DNA of 64,000 nucleotides from Alloascoidea hylecoeti. Its lineage: Eukaryota. The stretch is taken from contig BCKZ01000013.1 in NCBI GenBank assembly GCA_001600815.1, positions 286,478 through 350,477 of the forward strand, read 5' to 3'. A program made the translations under genes and the position numbers. The notes under the pieces were generated by a model. That model saw nothing but the letters and a program-made list of their open reading frames with translations. It made no database searches and was not told where the DNA came from. Numbering within the stretch: the first letter of the stretch is position 1; each line of letters opens with the position of its first letter. This document shows, in pieces, positions 11,551 through 24,069 of the stretch.

Positions 11551-13117
11551 GACCGCAAACGGTCAAATTGAGACAAAGCACGGTGGATACATTTCAAGTT
11601 ATTTAAGCTTACTTCGTCCCTGCGTTATCGTACATTCTAGATATACAACAAAACAAAAAAACTTCTCATATAACGGTTCAAAAGCAAATATATAATTGAT
11701 TTTAACAACTGGATTATAAGAATTATTGCTATGAGAAGTTTGTGTTAGTGAATGTGTAGAAAAAGTTGAGTGTTGAATTTCAAAAAAAGAGCTTATAGGT
11801 GATTTTCTCTCGTTAATTAATTAGCGTTAAATATAAGCTTTTAGAAGATATAAGGTTGAAATTTGTAGCAATGTATTTTATGTACCTGAGTTCTTTTTAT
11901 CACTTTTACTATGAGGCAAAACGATTCTACATTAATCCTCACACCCATTCTAGCCCGATAAATCAATGCTAGTGCTAGTCACTGCTAGAGTAAGTTGATC
12001 CTCCTCTAACTTGGTGAGCACTTCCTACCTTCGAAGAGTCCGAAGAGTGACTACCTTCTATCGGTAATATACATTGAGCAATCATTATTTTTATTTATAG
12101 TAATCTTTGAAATTGATGTATTTGAGTTAAGTGGCATTTTTTCAATATCTTTTCCGATTCCTTGATGCAGGAGCCCTTAATCTTTGTTTGTGTTTTTACG
12201 TTTTTACTATATATTGGTAGCGGACCGTTTAAGGAGTGAGAAAATAAAATATGAGGCTATTAAATTTGCTTATTATAACATCGTCCGAACCGAATTGGCA
12301 TATATGGAGTATGTGCCCTACGTAATACGTATACGTTTGAATACTTCTCGTAACGCTAAGTATACCCCGTGCATAAACGAATCCAATTCACGATAGTGAG
12401 GATGTATATGCATAAGATAGTAAGTATACAAGAATAATACAAATCAACTCTTACCAATGTAAGGCTTAAGTTAAACCGGGAATTAACGTTAAAGAGTGTT
12501 ACAAATTTAACATATAACTTATAGCCATGGAAGGCTTCAGTTGACTTCTTTTATTAAGCTACAAATGTTTCGGGCATTGACTATAAGCTTATGATTGGTT
12601 CTGGCCAAATCAGATTAACGTTTGTTTTTGAGGATAAGTGCGAGTTATCATAATATTCCAGACTTTCTAATACAACAACGATGAGTACAGCCATCCATTG
12701 TTAATCTGTCTGATAAAATAATTTATTCATATATGCTGTCATTTATCAACTAAACCTCCTAAAGCTAGCTAGCTATTCACAAACAATTATCAGTCGTGAA
12801 ATACTTAATTGGGATATAAAAGAGATCTGGCTCCTATTTAAATAATTGTAAGCTTCATTTTATCTAAATTCCTATAATTATAGCCGCACATGCAATTTAG
12901 GTGTGAACTTACTTACGTATAAGCCTTTATGCCTAAGTTTAATATAATCGATGAAACTTGATGTTGCAATTGCATAATCGATCTAAAGATAGTGACCGTA
13001 GCTGTATAAATATTTTAACTAGATTTCCGATTGCGAGAATATATTCATATAAATGGTTGACTTTCCTCTCTTTTATCCAAAATACACATCTTGCTCTATA
13101 GTTGAAAATTATTTAAA

Positions 13118-14296
13118 ATGAAAATTGAAACTCCTCTACTTGCTTCTTTTGCTTCCACAGCATTAGCCGCTAATGTTCATCAGCTGAACTTTACTCGTTC
13201 TCTACGACCTATCTCATCGAATGATACATTTTCTGAAGGTAATTTAAGGTCATCCTTTTTTCAAAGTCCATTGAAAAATCAACAGGTCCTGTATTCAATT
13301 GATATTCAAGTTGGTACACCACCTCAAACAATTAGTGTCGATCTTGATACTGGGTCTTCGGACTTGTTTGTAAATGGGGCAAAAAACACAGGTTGTGATC
13401 AAGATTGTCAAGCATTAGGAACATTTGATTCTTCTAAGTCAAGCACATATTCTTACATTAATGATGGGTTTAGTATCGGTTATGGAGATGGTACTGGAGC
13501 TACTGGAAATTGGGTTAAAGATAAGGTTGCAATTGGGGATGTTAGTGTACCATTAACTTTTGCAGATGCCACAGATTCAAGCACAGGTCAAGGTATTTTT
13601 GGGATTGGATATGCTTCTTTAGGTGGGGATGGATTGAATTCAGATGATTATATTAATTATCCAAAAGCATTGGTTAAAGCTGGTATTATTAATTCACAAA
13701 CTTATTCCATGTATTTGAACTCCTTACAAGCTGATTCTGGTGTAGTTCTATTTGGTGGTGTTGATCAAACAAAGTATACAGGTACTTTAGGTACAGTTCC
13801 ATTAACAAGTTCATCAAGAACCACTGTCACATTGAATAGTTTGAAACTCTCAGATGGATCTTTCAGTGGTGATGGTGTAGATATTCTCTTGGATACTGGT
13901 ACAACTTTAACATATTTACCAGGGAATTACGTCGACAACATTGCGACAGCACTTGGAGCAACTACGGTTAATGATACTTATATTGTTACCTGTGACACAA
14001 GTTCAAGAACTTTTGACTTCACTTTTGGATGTGTTACTGTTAGAGTTCCTGTTTCGGACTTTCAGTCACCTTTGAGTGGTCAATCAGGAAGAAACCAACT
14101 TTGTTCATTAGATTTAATACCTACTGACAGTATTCTTGGAGATTCATTTTTAAGAAGTGCTTATATTGTGTTTGATTTAGATAATCAACAAGCTTCTATT
14201 GCACAAGCAAGTTTGAATAAATTTGGGGTAAGCAACATTAAATCCATTCCAGCAGGTCGAAACTCTGTTCCTGGTGCTACTGTTTGCAATGCATAA
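13118..14296 (+). CDS. Secreted aspartyl protease (A1, SAP/yapsin-like, no GPI tail)
   Basis: Signal peptide; VGTPPQ, DTGS and DTGT catalytic motifs, YGDG flap, ILGDSFLRSAYIVFDLDN. Confidence 0.93.
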   Translation: MKIETPLLASFASTALAANVHQLNFTRSLRPISSNDTFSEGNLRSSFFQSPLKNQQVLYSIDIQVGTPPQTISVDLDTGSSDLFVNGAKNTGCDQDCQALGTFDSSKSSTYSYINDGFSIGYGDGTGATGNWVKDKVAIGDVSVPLTFADATDSSTGQGIFGIGYASLGGDGLNSDDYINYPKALVKAGIINSQTYSMYLNSLQADSGVVLFGGVDQTKYTGTLGTVPLTSSSRTTVTLNSLKLSDGSFSGDGVDILLDTGTTLTYLPGNYVDNIATALGATTVNDTYIVTCDTSSRTFDFTFGCVTVRVPVSDFQSPLSGQSGRNQLCSLDLIPTDSILGDSFLRSAYIVFDLDNQQASIAQASLNKFGVSNIKSIPAGRNSVPGATVCNA

Positions 14297-15127
14297 TTAC
14301 CTATAAGGCATAAAGCTCCAGTCAAAACCATTATTTTAAATTGGAAGTCTGTTATATGCTTATAAGATAATTAGAAATTATATTTCATTTTCATGTTTTC
14401 TTGGTCAAAAATATTGTAAATTGGGAATATTGTTGTTATTTTTTAGAAGATCCTGGACAGCTAGAACAAGGAGTAGGGGAATAGTTATGTAATCAACTAT
14501 TTGTGTTAGTGTATGCTGTAAGACTCCATAGGAATAAAAATGCCCCCTTTCTAGTTTTTTGAAACGTTCAATTTCATTGTTTGAATCAAAATTCCATATG
14601 CTTTTATTGTAATAGATTATAATGGATTCCTAAACTTTTCAGGGCATACAATTGATTGCTTTAAGGCCACGGAAAAAAACTTGGGTTTCAGAGGAACTTC
14701 TAGTCCATTTTTAACTGGGACCGCTTTCCTTAATTTCATTTCCAGACTTCATAGACCTAAATATTAATGATAAAAGCTTATGAATACTTATGATTTCAAT
14801 ACAGACTTTTCCATGCTTTTCATAAGGCATATGAATCTATACTCAAATTTAAGAATTCGTTAACAGATTTATGAAGATTAAACCGAGTTAAATGGACTGG
14901 TATTTTCTTATCATAATTGATAGTCTTATAAAGTGAATTGATATTCATTTGAATCTGAAATATACTGGAATTGCTATTACTTCCAGTTTAATTATATACA
15001 GTCAATAGCTTATACAGTTATATATGTACCTTTTAATATACGTTCCTAAATTCCTATGGTTGATGAGAAGATTTACCCGGACAAACCATCATATCAACAA
15101 TGAGTTTACTTATTGTCTATATGCTAA

Positions 15128-15769
15128 ATGTCAGATGCTTTTAGGACTCATGTCCATTTAAGATCCTCAAAACATGCGTTATACATTGAAGAATGGTCCA
15201 GAGATAAATTAGAATTTGATGATATTGAAATAAAACTAAATGATTCAAAATTCCCATTTGATCATGATTTATTTGAAATTGATCCTGAAGAAACTGAATT
15301 TTTAGGTCCTAATGTAACTTTTGGTTCATCAAAGATAAATAATAGAAAATCAAAAAATATTTGGAAAGATTTAGGAGTTGATGAAATTTTAGATCCTATT
15401 GAATTTAAAAGTAATAATCAAAGTCATAATCAGAATCAAAATCAGAATAGTGATGATAATAATATTATAATGAATAATGAATTAATTAGACAACGATTAT
15501 ATGATGGCGATAGGACAATATTGAAACATTATCATAATTACCATTATGATAAAAATAATGATAATGATAATGATGATGAATTAGATGAGTTGTTAAGAGA
15601 TCCACCACAAGCTCATCAAGAAGCTCCACCATCACCAAAACAAAAAGCTTCAAATACTAGCCCCAGAAGAGTAACTCATGATGATGATACTCCTGTTCCT
15701 ATTCAAAGAAGATTACGACCACGAACCCGAGCAGCTAGCGCTCGTTCAAAATTTAAAGCACCCAGATAA
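15128..15769 (+). CDS. SWM1: Anaphase-promoting complex subunit Apc13/Swm1-like
   Basis: N-terminal HVHL..LY.EEW.RDKL.FDDIEI motif and W.DLG motif typical of Apc13. Confidence 0.7.
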   Translation: MSDAFRTHVHLRSSKHALYIEEWSRDKLEFDDIEIKLNDSKFPFDHDLFEIDPEETEFLGPNVTFGSSKINNRKSKNIWKDLGVDEILDPIEFKSNNQSHNQNQNQNSDDNNIIMNNELIRQRLYDGDRTILKHYHNYHYDKNNDNDNDDELDELLRDPPQAHQEAPPSPKQKASNTSPRRVTHDDDTPVPIQRRLRPRTRAASARSKFKAPR

Positions 15770-15829
15770 AAAAAAAATCATATTATGTATATTATTATTA
15801 TTAATTACACAACTTATTTATATTTATAA

Positions 15830-17202
15830 TTAATAATGAATAATCCTTTCATATTGTTCATCAGCCAATTGAACTTTAATAGCTTCTCTTTTAACTTCTC
15901 TATTTAAATTATCAAAAATATCATTTAGTTCAAATTTTTTAGATTGTAATTTTAAATCATTTTCTTCTAATCTATTATATTCATCCCATAATTCTTGCAG
16001 TTTTGATGATATTTTAGGTGTTAATGTGAAAAAAGGTATCCATGGTGATTTTAATGATTCAAGTTTTCTTTTTTGTTTTTCAATTTCTTCAATTTCAATT
16101 TCTTTGTCTTTTTGTTCTTTTTCAATTAATAATTGTTGTTGAGAAATTAATTGAGGTGATGATTGTTTTCTATTATACGGTGATCGACGATATGGTGATT
16201 TATTTGAACCTCCATAATTATATGGTGTTGTATTTGAATTTGTATGTTGTTGTGTATATGATGATGATGGAGATTCAGATGGATAATTTGATTTATACGG
16301 CGTACCAGTACCAATTATTGAATTTGATCGTGATTGGTGTGGATATGGATGTGGATGAGAATAGGAATGCGGATATGGATACGGATATCTTTCAGAATCT
16401 CTTTCTCTAGGTTCATGTTCGCGTTCATGTTCGCGTTCTCGTTCACGCTCACGATCATATGAAGGTTTTCTATAATTATTATCGTAGTCGTAATCCCGTC
16501 GATACGAACTAGGATATGGACGATAATCATATGGTCTTGAATAAGAACCACGACGTGGATAACCATATGAACCTCTATATGGAGAATCGGTTGAAGGGTA
16601 TCGTGATGAAGGTCTATATGTCGTAGCATGATAAGGATACTGTGATGGCATTTCTGCAGTTGTTGGAACATCACTATGAACTTCAGATGTTTCAATAGAC
16701 TGCTTCTCAATAGGTAAAGGTGTTGAAGCAGAAGGAGCCAAAGGAGCTAAAGGCGATCTTGGTCTTGAACGACTTCTTGGTCGACTTTTATAATCCTCAG
16801 GATATTCCACCCTTTCCACCCTTCTATCATAATAACCCTCACTACTTTCATCTCGAGGCCTTCTTTCATATCTATCACCAGATATGGGAGGTGGTGGAGA
16901 TCTTGATGGATAATATCTCTTCTCATATGGTGATGAATAATTTGAATATCTTCCACCTCTTGGAGGTCCTCCTAAGCCTCGTGAAGGTCGATCACCATCC
17001 CTATAATAATAGTAATCACTTGCTCCACTGTCTCTGTAAGATTCGTATCCTCGTTCGCGTTCTCTTTCATCTCCTTCTCGTTTGTAGCCGTATGGTGAAG
17101 GAGTCCTACCAGGATACCTGAATATCACAACCATTAGTAATTAAATATATATATATGAAATAATAAGACTTACCGCGAAGAAGAATTTGTTCTTTCCGAC
17201 AT
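15830..17202 (-). CDS. LGE1: Lge1-like protein (Bre1 partner); exons 17202-17174 and 17117-15830
   Basis: R/Y-rich disordered N-terminus plus C-terminal coiled coil ending REAIKVQLADEQY; intron 17173-17118 GTAAGT..TACTAAT..CAG joins MSERTNSSSR in frame to YPGRTP. Confidence 0.7.
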
Positions 17203-17628
17203 GTAAAATAAATGTAGATTTGAATTTAAATATTAATCTTAAAAGATAAATAAAAACAAAATAAAAATTCAAAACAGAAAAAATAAATGATGACATAAGA
17301 AATGACTACGCAAACTATCATGTGATTCCAACAATCTATAGCGGGCTTAATATTTACTTAATTAATATTATCATTATATAGCTCTATAAATATATAAAAA
17401 TAAATATAAATAGTGTATTTTGTTGTTATTATTAAGTGTCGCAATCGGTGTAAATATTAGATTGCCTTTGGATTTTTTTAGTTTAGTTTCGTGTAATTTG
17501 TATATATATATTTAAATTTGTGTATCTATTATTTTCTTTTTTTGATTTAATATACATCATCGTCCATAATTATTGATAATTTATAATTTATAATTATTTA
17601 ATCATTAATATTCATTCATTTTTTGTAA

Positions 17629-18621
17629 TTAAATTCCTTTTGTTTTAACATAAGCATTAAAACCAGTTGCTGATGCCTTTGCCAAAGGATCATTTTCCAA
17701 AACAGGTTGACCTTTTGAAATACTTTTTCTTCTAACAACTTTTCTTTTGTAAACATTAATATAAAAGGCAATAAATAATACCAAATATGAACTAATAATA
17801 CAAATTCCTGAAATAGCAGCATAGTTTTCTCCAGCACATGCTCCAGTATGGGGTAACCAAGGATATTTTTCACTTGCTAATTTTTGCCAACATGCCCAAT
17901 AAATAAAGGCAATATCAATTATAAATTGAATTATTTGAAATCTTGTAACCCATTCTTTCCACCAGACTCTAATACCTCTTGCTGCCAAAAAGTAATAGAA
18001 ATACATAATAACATGAACCCATAAATTAAGACAGATAACAACCCATGAAATTGATGTTCTACCAACTAATTGTGAATAACATAATAAGGCGGTTGCTCCA
18101 TGATGATAAGTATGTAAAAATGTTAATTTCTTTTGTTTTAATACCAAGAAAACCGTATCTAATAATTCAATAAATTTGGTGATATAATTCAAATAGTATA
18201 AAGTAACAATAGGCTGAGTCCAAGCATCTGGATGACAAATTCCATAATAAATACCATTTTTAGCAATAATCGGAATAAGTTGCTCAGCCAATAAAATTAA
18301 CAAAGTAAAAGATAAAGTAGTTAACATAGCATTATGAATTTGAAACAAAGTACCAAGACGATATGGAGGAGCATTAACAAGATTTAAAACTGATCTTCCA
18401 CCAAATATAACAAGATAATATGTAATTATAACAGAAATTGCCGTAGATGCCGTTGAAAAAGGTAATTCACCATGAATAAACTCAAATTTTGAAGGAATAA
18501 ACCATCCATTAGTACCAACAGAGACGAAATGATCAAAGATATCCCAAAGATATACACCAAATGGTGATTCTAATGATGGTTTGTTGATCGTAAGCCAATC
18601 AGGCGTATTAGTATAAGCCAT
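17629..18621 (-). CDS. ELO2: Fatty acid elongase (GNS1/SUR4 family, Elo2/Fen1 type)
   Basis: LTFLHTYHHGATALLCY, YYFLAARGIRVWWKEWVTRFQIIQF; adjacent to SNT1 as in S. cerevisiae. Confidence 0.93.
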   Translation of the reverse strand: MAYTNTPDWLTINKPSLESPFGVYLWDIFDHFVSVGTNGWFIPSKFEFIHGELPFSTASTAISVIITYYLVIFGGRSVLNLVNAPPYRLGTLFQIHNAMLTTLSFTLLILLAEQLIPIIAKNGIYYGICHPDAWTQPIVTLYYLNYITKFIELLDTVFLVLKQKKLTFLHTYHHGATALLCYSQLVGRTSISWVVICLNLWVHVIMYFYYFLAARGIRVWWKEWVTRFQIIQFIIDIAFIYWACWQKLASEKYPWLPHTGACAGENYAAISGICIISSYLVLFIAFYINVYKRKVVRRKSISKGQPVLENDPLAKASATGFNAYVKTKGI

Positions 18622-19100
18622 TTTTTTAACCTTAAAATTATTCAGAAATTAAGAAGCGAAGTTGTGAAAATTTTTGTTTGAATATTTAGACCCCACAAAC
18701 GAGTGAGTGATTTATACTTTAATACGTGTAAAAAACAACAAATATTTATAATGTGTTTTGAAATTTTTATTTCTTATTTTTTATTTTATATATAAAAAAT
18801 TATACTTGATAAAATAAAAAAAAAGAGGTATAAAAAAAAGGAATGGAAGAAGAAAAGTTTAAGATTTATGAAATTGTTGAAGATTTTTTTTAAAATGTGG
18901 CCTTTTTGTGATTTTAAACTTGATCTAAATTGCTTTTCAAAATAAACAAAAAGAGGAAAACTAAAAAAGCAGCTGAAAGTTGAAAACGTGGAGGTTTACC
19001 CGGATTGTTCATATCCATAACATTCAAAGACAAGGACATATAAAATAAAATAAAATAAGCATAAAATATATAAAATATAAGATAAAATAAAAAATAACTT

Positions 19101-22100
19101 CTATATTTGAGGATATATATTATATCCCGAATTATCATTATTTATATTATTGAAGTTAGCATTAGTATTATTATATCCTGGGAATTGTTGATTTTGACCA
19201 AGATTCTCAAAATTCCCATTATTCCCATTAAAGTTATTAAGATTATTAAGATTATTAAGATTAAGATTTTGTTGTGCTTCATTATTGACATTATATCTAA
19301 ACCCTGATCCATTATGCCCACCAAAATTATTATTATGATTATTCATATTAGTATTAGGATTGATTTCTGTATTTGTAGAATGTAATAAATTTGAAATACT
19401 AACAGAATGAACTGGTGTAGATAATGGTCTAATAGGTGGCTCTTCATTATTTAAAAGATTTAGAATTGAAGTCTTTTGTTTTGCTGATGATGCTTGTGTG
19501 GGATAATTTAAATTTGTTGATGATGTTGGCAGAGGATATTTTAAATTTATTGATGATGCGGATGATTGAAATGAGGGAGATATTGATGGAACTGGATTAG
19601 AAAGTAAATTGGATATACTTGTTTTATAATTATTCGTTTGTGATTGTGATTGTGATTGTGATTGTGATTGTGATTGTAATATTGTTGGTAATGGTTTAGG
19701 TATTAATACCGGTGATGGTGATGTTGGACCTAAAATACTACGTAATGAAGAAACCTTACTTGTTGATCTTGATATTGAATTATCAATATTATTATTAAGT
19801 GAAATATAATCAGAATCATCATTTACTAAATTAGATAATGATAATTTTGATCTACTACTGTTATTATTTTCAATCTCATTAGGTTTTGGTTTAGGTGTTG
19901 TTAAATTTGAATTTGAAGTAGATTGTTGGATTTGAAGTTGTGGTGAACTTGATAAAGTTAATGATTGAAAATTCATAGTTGTCGAATTGAAAACATTTGA
20001 TCTCTGTCCTTGTACTGGTCCTGTTACTGTTATTGATTGGGATGGTAAAGGAGGTGGTGGAATTGACGTGTTATTGTTACTATATAATGATAAGGTTGAT
20101 GAAGATGATGTTAATGTTAATGCTGATGTTGAAGTCGTTGTGTTTGATGCATTTGATGTAGATGTAGGTTTATAAAAATAATCATTATTTGATGGTACTA
20201 ACGGTGCAACAATTGGATTCCTATCTATTATATTAATATTATTGTTATTAATAATTGAAGGGTATGACGAGGATGAAGATGATGATGAGGTTAATGAATT
20301 AATAGTAATACTTGTACTTTGATGGCTTTGTAATGGAGCATTATCATATGATGTAACGATAGGAGGTTGATTATCAATTGGAATTATATTCATTTTTTCT
20401 TTCCCATTCTTTTTCTTTTTCTTATTCCTATTATTATTCCCAAATTGAATTTCTGTTTCAATTTCGATTTCTTTTGAATTTTCTTTATTATGCTTCTTTA
20501 AATACGTAAAATCTTGCTTTTGTTTTATCTTTTGTTTTGATCTTTTATTTCTGTTTTGATTTTGATTTTGATTTAAATTTTGATTATGTGATTGTAATGG
20601 AATTTTATTTATATTTTGATTATCTTGATCATCAAAATTAACATTAACAATTTGATTATTATTATTATTATTATTATTGCTCTGTTTTGAAGAATTTTTT
20701 TCTAATGATATTCTATTATTTGCTAATTCAACAATTTCATTCCAATTTTCAACATCATTTCTTCTATAAAAATAATTTTTAACCATTATTGAACTTTTTG
20801 TTTTTAAAATTTTTGAAATCAAATTCCAATTTGATCCATAAATTTCTAATAATTTAGGAAATGTTTCAATTTCACCCAAAGACCAATAACTTGATGTTGT
20901 TGTATTATTTGTTGTGGGGGTTGAAATTGATGATGATGTTGTTGATGTTGTTGATGATGGTTTGGGGGGTTGTATTTGTGATTGTGATTGTGGTAGTTTT
21001 GAAATGGTTGTTGATGTAGGCGTTGTTGGAACATTACGTAAAGTTGGTGTTATTAATGAGGGAGATGTACTTGATATTGAAGATCTTGATAGTATTCTAT
21101 TATAAGGTGTTGTTGGATCAATCTTATCATCCTTAACATTACCATTAACATTATTGTTATTATTATTGAGAGATGTAACTGACGGAGGATAATTAAAATT
21201 AATTGATGATGATGATGATGATGAAATAGATAAAGAAGGTGATGTTTTTTTCCGTTTATAAATTTTATTACTATTAGTACTATTACTTTTTTGATGACTT
21301 TTCCTTTTTGATGTACCTTGAACTAAACCTTTAACATTAGATGATGATATGTTGATATCCGAATCTGAAATAAATCCATTATTCATTATTCTATTCTGTG
21401 ATATAACATTTTGAATTGTTGTATTATCATTATATAATGGAATACTATTTGCTCGTTTGTAACTTTTACGATCTTGATCCGGATCATTTTCTTCATTTGG
21501 ATTTGAAGTTAAATTAGTAACTAGTTTTAATCGAGATGTATTATTATCAAATATCGGCGATGATGAAATTTTATCAATTACATCATTTGAGGTAGAATTA
21601 CTTTGTGATGATAGCATTTGTGATTGCTGCTGTTGTTGAGTAATCATTTGCGATTGTGCTGTTTGTGATTTTAATTGAGTTTTGGGATTGGAATTGGCAA
21701 ATAATAAAGGAACGTTTTTTTGAGCTTCTTGTCGTAATTGTTCAAGTTGAGTCATTGGTCTATTATTACCAATATTTTTGGAGTTTAAAGATGATGATTC
21801 TAATTGTAATTGTAATGATTCAGATGATGATGAAATTCCACCAAAATTAACTGATTTATTTAATATTTCAATTTCAGACATTGGTACATAATATCTAATT
21901 GGTGTACCTGTACCTTGTTTTGTTGAATAAGATTGTAATTGTAATTGAGATTGACTATAATTGTTAAAATCTGTTATATTTGATGATGATAATTGAGATT
22001 GAGATTGAGATTGTAAATGAATTGAGGATGCTAAACTTGGTTTTAATGATATTAATGTTGTTGCAGCTTCTGTACTTTTAACTTTCTCTATATCATTATC

Positions 22101-23942
22101 TTTAACATCTTCATTTTTGTCATCATTGTTATCATTGTCATTTTTGTTATTATTAACATTATTCTCATTTTTGTCATCATTATCATTATCATCATCATTA
22201 CTAATAGAAGATGCCATTGTCTCCTTTTCTTTTTCTTGTTTTGAAGAATTTTTTAAATTTAAATTTTCACTTGATGAAGATATAGGAGTATTATTATTAT
22301 TATCCGAATTAATACCTAATTTTAACATTGATTCGCTGTTACTTTCATCAGTTGTCGTTATTTCCGTTATTATTTCATCGTCATGTAGTTGAGATAAATG
22401 ATTTGTTGTTGTTGTTGTGGTTTCTTCATTATTTATTATGACTTGTTCAATATTATTTGTTATGGCAGTTGTGTTGTTAACGTTTTCTGTGATGTTATTA
22501 TTGGAATTTTCAATAGGATCAGTATGGATTGGAGTTGATGATTGGTTAGAATTAACCATTGTTATGGATCTTGAGGTTTCATATTCAATTTCGTATTTGT
22601 TTTGATGCTCGCTTTCATTCTCATTTTCCATTTCATTTTCAACTTTAACATCAATTTTCTCATTAGATATATTGTCAATCATAACCTTGTCATCATTCTC
22701 ATTCTCATTCTCATTATTGTCATGATCATTTGCATTTTCAATTCCAATTTCATTTTCATTATTTTCATTATTAATATTAATAAAATTAATTAAATCATTC
22801 TTATATTTTTCATTATTAATTAAATTCAAATAAAAATTAATAATACAATCATCTTCAGATTTTTTAAAATTTAAAATTTCTAATTTCATTTTATTTAAAA
22901 TTTTAAAAAAATTATTTGGATATAATTTATAATTTTTTAAAAAAATTTCGTTTTCTTTATCATTAAAATCCCAAGAATTTTCCAATGTATTTTCAATTGA
23001 TAATGATGATAATGATGATGATGATGATTGTTTATAATTATTATTTATTATTAAATCAAATATATTTTTTTTATTTTTATTTAAATAATTCAAATTTTGA
23101 AAATTTATATGATTTGATAAAATTATTGAATTATGGCATTGATTCGGAATAATTGCAAAATTATTTGATTTATCATTATCACTAATATCCTTATCAATAT
23201 TGATATGATTATCATTATCATTATTTAAAATGATTTGTTTTTTCCAAATTTTATATAATTTTAAATATTTTTTATTTAAAAATTGATTCTTTTCGTTTAT
23301 ATTATGATTTAAAGTTATTATTATTGACATTATTCTTTCTTTTTTATTTTTATAAATTTTCCATTTTTTTGAAGATGTTGATGATGATGATGTAAAAGAT
23401 TTTATATTTTTTTTATAAAAAGAATAATTATTAAAATTAAGAATTGGATTTGTTAAATTTAGATATTTCATTGTTGATCTTCGTGTAGATGGTGATAGAT
23501 TTGCAATTGATAAAATGGCAGCTTCTAAAAATTGATCATTGGCAGAAATAGGTGGTTTGGATTCGTTCACTGGAACAGCCACAGGTTCGTGGGTTGAATG
23601 GGTCGTCACAGCAACGGGCGGAGTAACAGGCAGATCATCTTTCTTTTCCAAATCCTTGTGGGGGTCCTTGTCCAAGTCTTTGTGGGAGTCCCTGGTTTCT
23701 CTGTGGGACACATCCCTCACCCTGTCCCCCTGGGAGCCCTGAGAACCTTGGGAATGTTGACGATCTCTCACACTATTTCTATTTCTCAACAACTGCCTTT
23801 TGTACTCCCGTGCCTCCTGCTCGCGCCTGAGACGGGCCCTTTCTCTCTGCAACTCACGTGACCGCTGATTGTGCGGGTTGCGCTGACTAAGCCGGCTGTG
23901 GGTGTGGGTGTAGGAGTGGGTGTGCGGGTGTATGTGTGTCAT
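19101..23942 (-). CDS. SNT1: Snt1-like SANT-domain Set3C subunit, heavily low-complexity
   Basis: SANT2 SYWSLGEIETFPKLLEIYGSNWNLISKILKTKSSIMVKNYF; degenerate SANT1 (FNDKENEIFLKNYKLYP..SEDDCIINFY); ISNLL repeats; position next to ELO2. Start codon uncertain. Confidence 0.75.
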   Translation of the reverse strand: MTHIHPHTHSYTHTHSRLSQRNPHNQRSRELQRERARLRREQEAREYKRQLLRNRNSVRDRQHSQGSQGSQGDRVRDVSHRETRDSHKDLDKDPHKDLEKKDDLPVTPPVAVTTHSTHEPVAVPVNESKPPISANDQFLEAAILSIANLSPSTRRSTMKYLNLTNPILNFNNYSFYKKNIKSFTSSSSTSSKKWKIYKNKKERIMSIIITLNHNINEKNQFLNKKYLKLYKIWKKQIILNNDNDNHINIDKDISDNDKSNNFAIIPNQCHNSIILSNHINFQNLNYLNKNKKNIFDLIINNNYKQSSSSSLSSLSIENTLENSWDFNDKENEIFLKNYKLYPNNFFKILNKMKLEILNFKKSEDDCIINFYLNLINNEKYKNDLINFININNENNENEIGIENANDHDNNENENENDDKVMIDNISNEKIDVKVENEMENENESEHQNKYEIEYETSRSITMVNSNQSSTPIHTDPIENSNNNITENVNNTTAITNNIEQVIINNEETTTTTTNHLSQLHDDEIITEITTTDESNSESMLKLGINSDNNNNTPISSSSENLNLKNSSKQEKEKETMASSISNDDDNDNDDKNENNVNNNKNDNDNNDDKNEDVKDNDIEKVKSTEAATTLISLKPSLASSIHLQSQSQSQLSSSNITDFNNYSQSQLQLQSYSTKQGTGTPIRYYVPMSEIEILNKSVNFGGISSSSESLQLQLESSSLNSKNIGNNRPMTQLEQLRQEAQKNVPLLFANSNPKTQLKSQTAQSQMITQQQQQSQMLSSQSNSTSNDVIDKISSSPIFDNNTSRLKLVTNLTSNPNEENDPDQDRKSYKRANSIPLYNDNTTIQNVISQNRIMNNGFISDSDINISSSNVKGLVQGTSKRKSHQKSNSTNSNKIYKRKKTSPSLSISSSSSSSINFNYPPSVTSLNNNNNNVNGNVKDDKIDPTTPYNRILSRSSISSTSPSLITPTLRNVPTTPTSTTISKLPQSQSQIQPPKPSSTTSTTSSSISTPTTNNTTTSSYWSLGEIETFPKLLEIYGSNWNLISKILKTKSSIMVKNYFYRRNDVENWNEIVELANNRISLEKNSSKQSNNNNNNNNQIVNVNFDDQDNQNINKIPLQSHNQNLNQNQNQNRNKRSKQKIKQKQDFTYLKKHNKENSKEIEIETEIQFGNNNRNKKKKKNGKEKMNIIPIDNQPPIVTSYDNAPLQSHQSTSITINSLTSSSSSSSSYPSIINNNNINIIDRNPIVAPLVPSNNDYFYKPTSTSNASNTTTSTSALTLTSSSSTLSLYSNNNTSIPPPPLPSQSITVTGPVQGQRSNVFNSTTMNFQSLTLSSSPQLQIQQSTSNSNLTTPKPKPNEIENNNSSRSKLSLSNLVNDDSDYISLNNNIDNSISRSTSKVSSLRSILGPTSPSPVLIPKPLPTILQSQSQSQSQSQSQTNNYKTSISNLLSNPVPSISPSFQSSASSINLKYPLPTSSTNLNYPTQASSAKQKTSILNLLNNEEPPIRPLSTPVHSVSISNLLHSTNTEINPNTNMNNHNNNFGGHNGSGFRYNVNNEAQQNLNLNNLNNLNNFNGNNGNFENLGQNQQFPGYNNTNANFNNINNDNSGYNIYPQI

Positions 23943-24069
23943 ATATCCTTTTCCTCTTCTTGTTTATATTTCTCTGTTTGTGTTTATGAACTGAATCGGT
24001 GGGGAAAAGAAAAAATTTACTACGTTTTTAAAAACAAAGTGGTGCAAGGCTGTTTGTTATCTTAATTAA

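Noticed and set aside
16042..17121. Several 69-133 aa overlapping ORFs (similar ones inside SNT1 and AMN1)
   Set aside because: Alternative-frame or antisense shadows of low-complexity coding sequence
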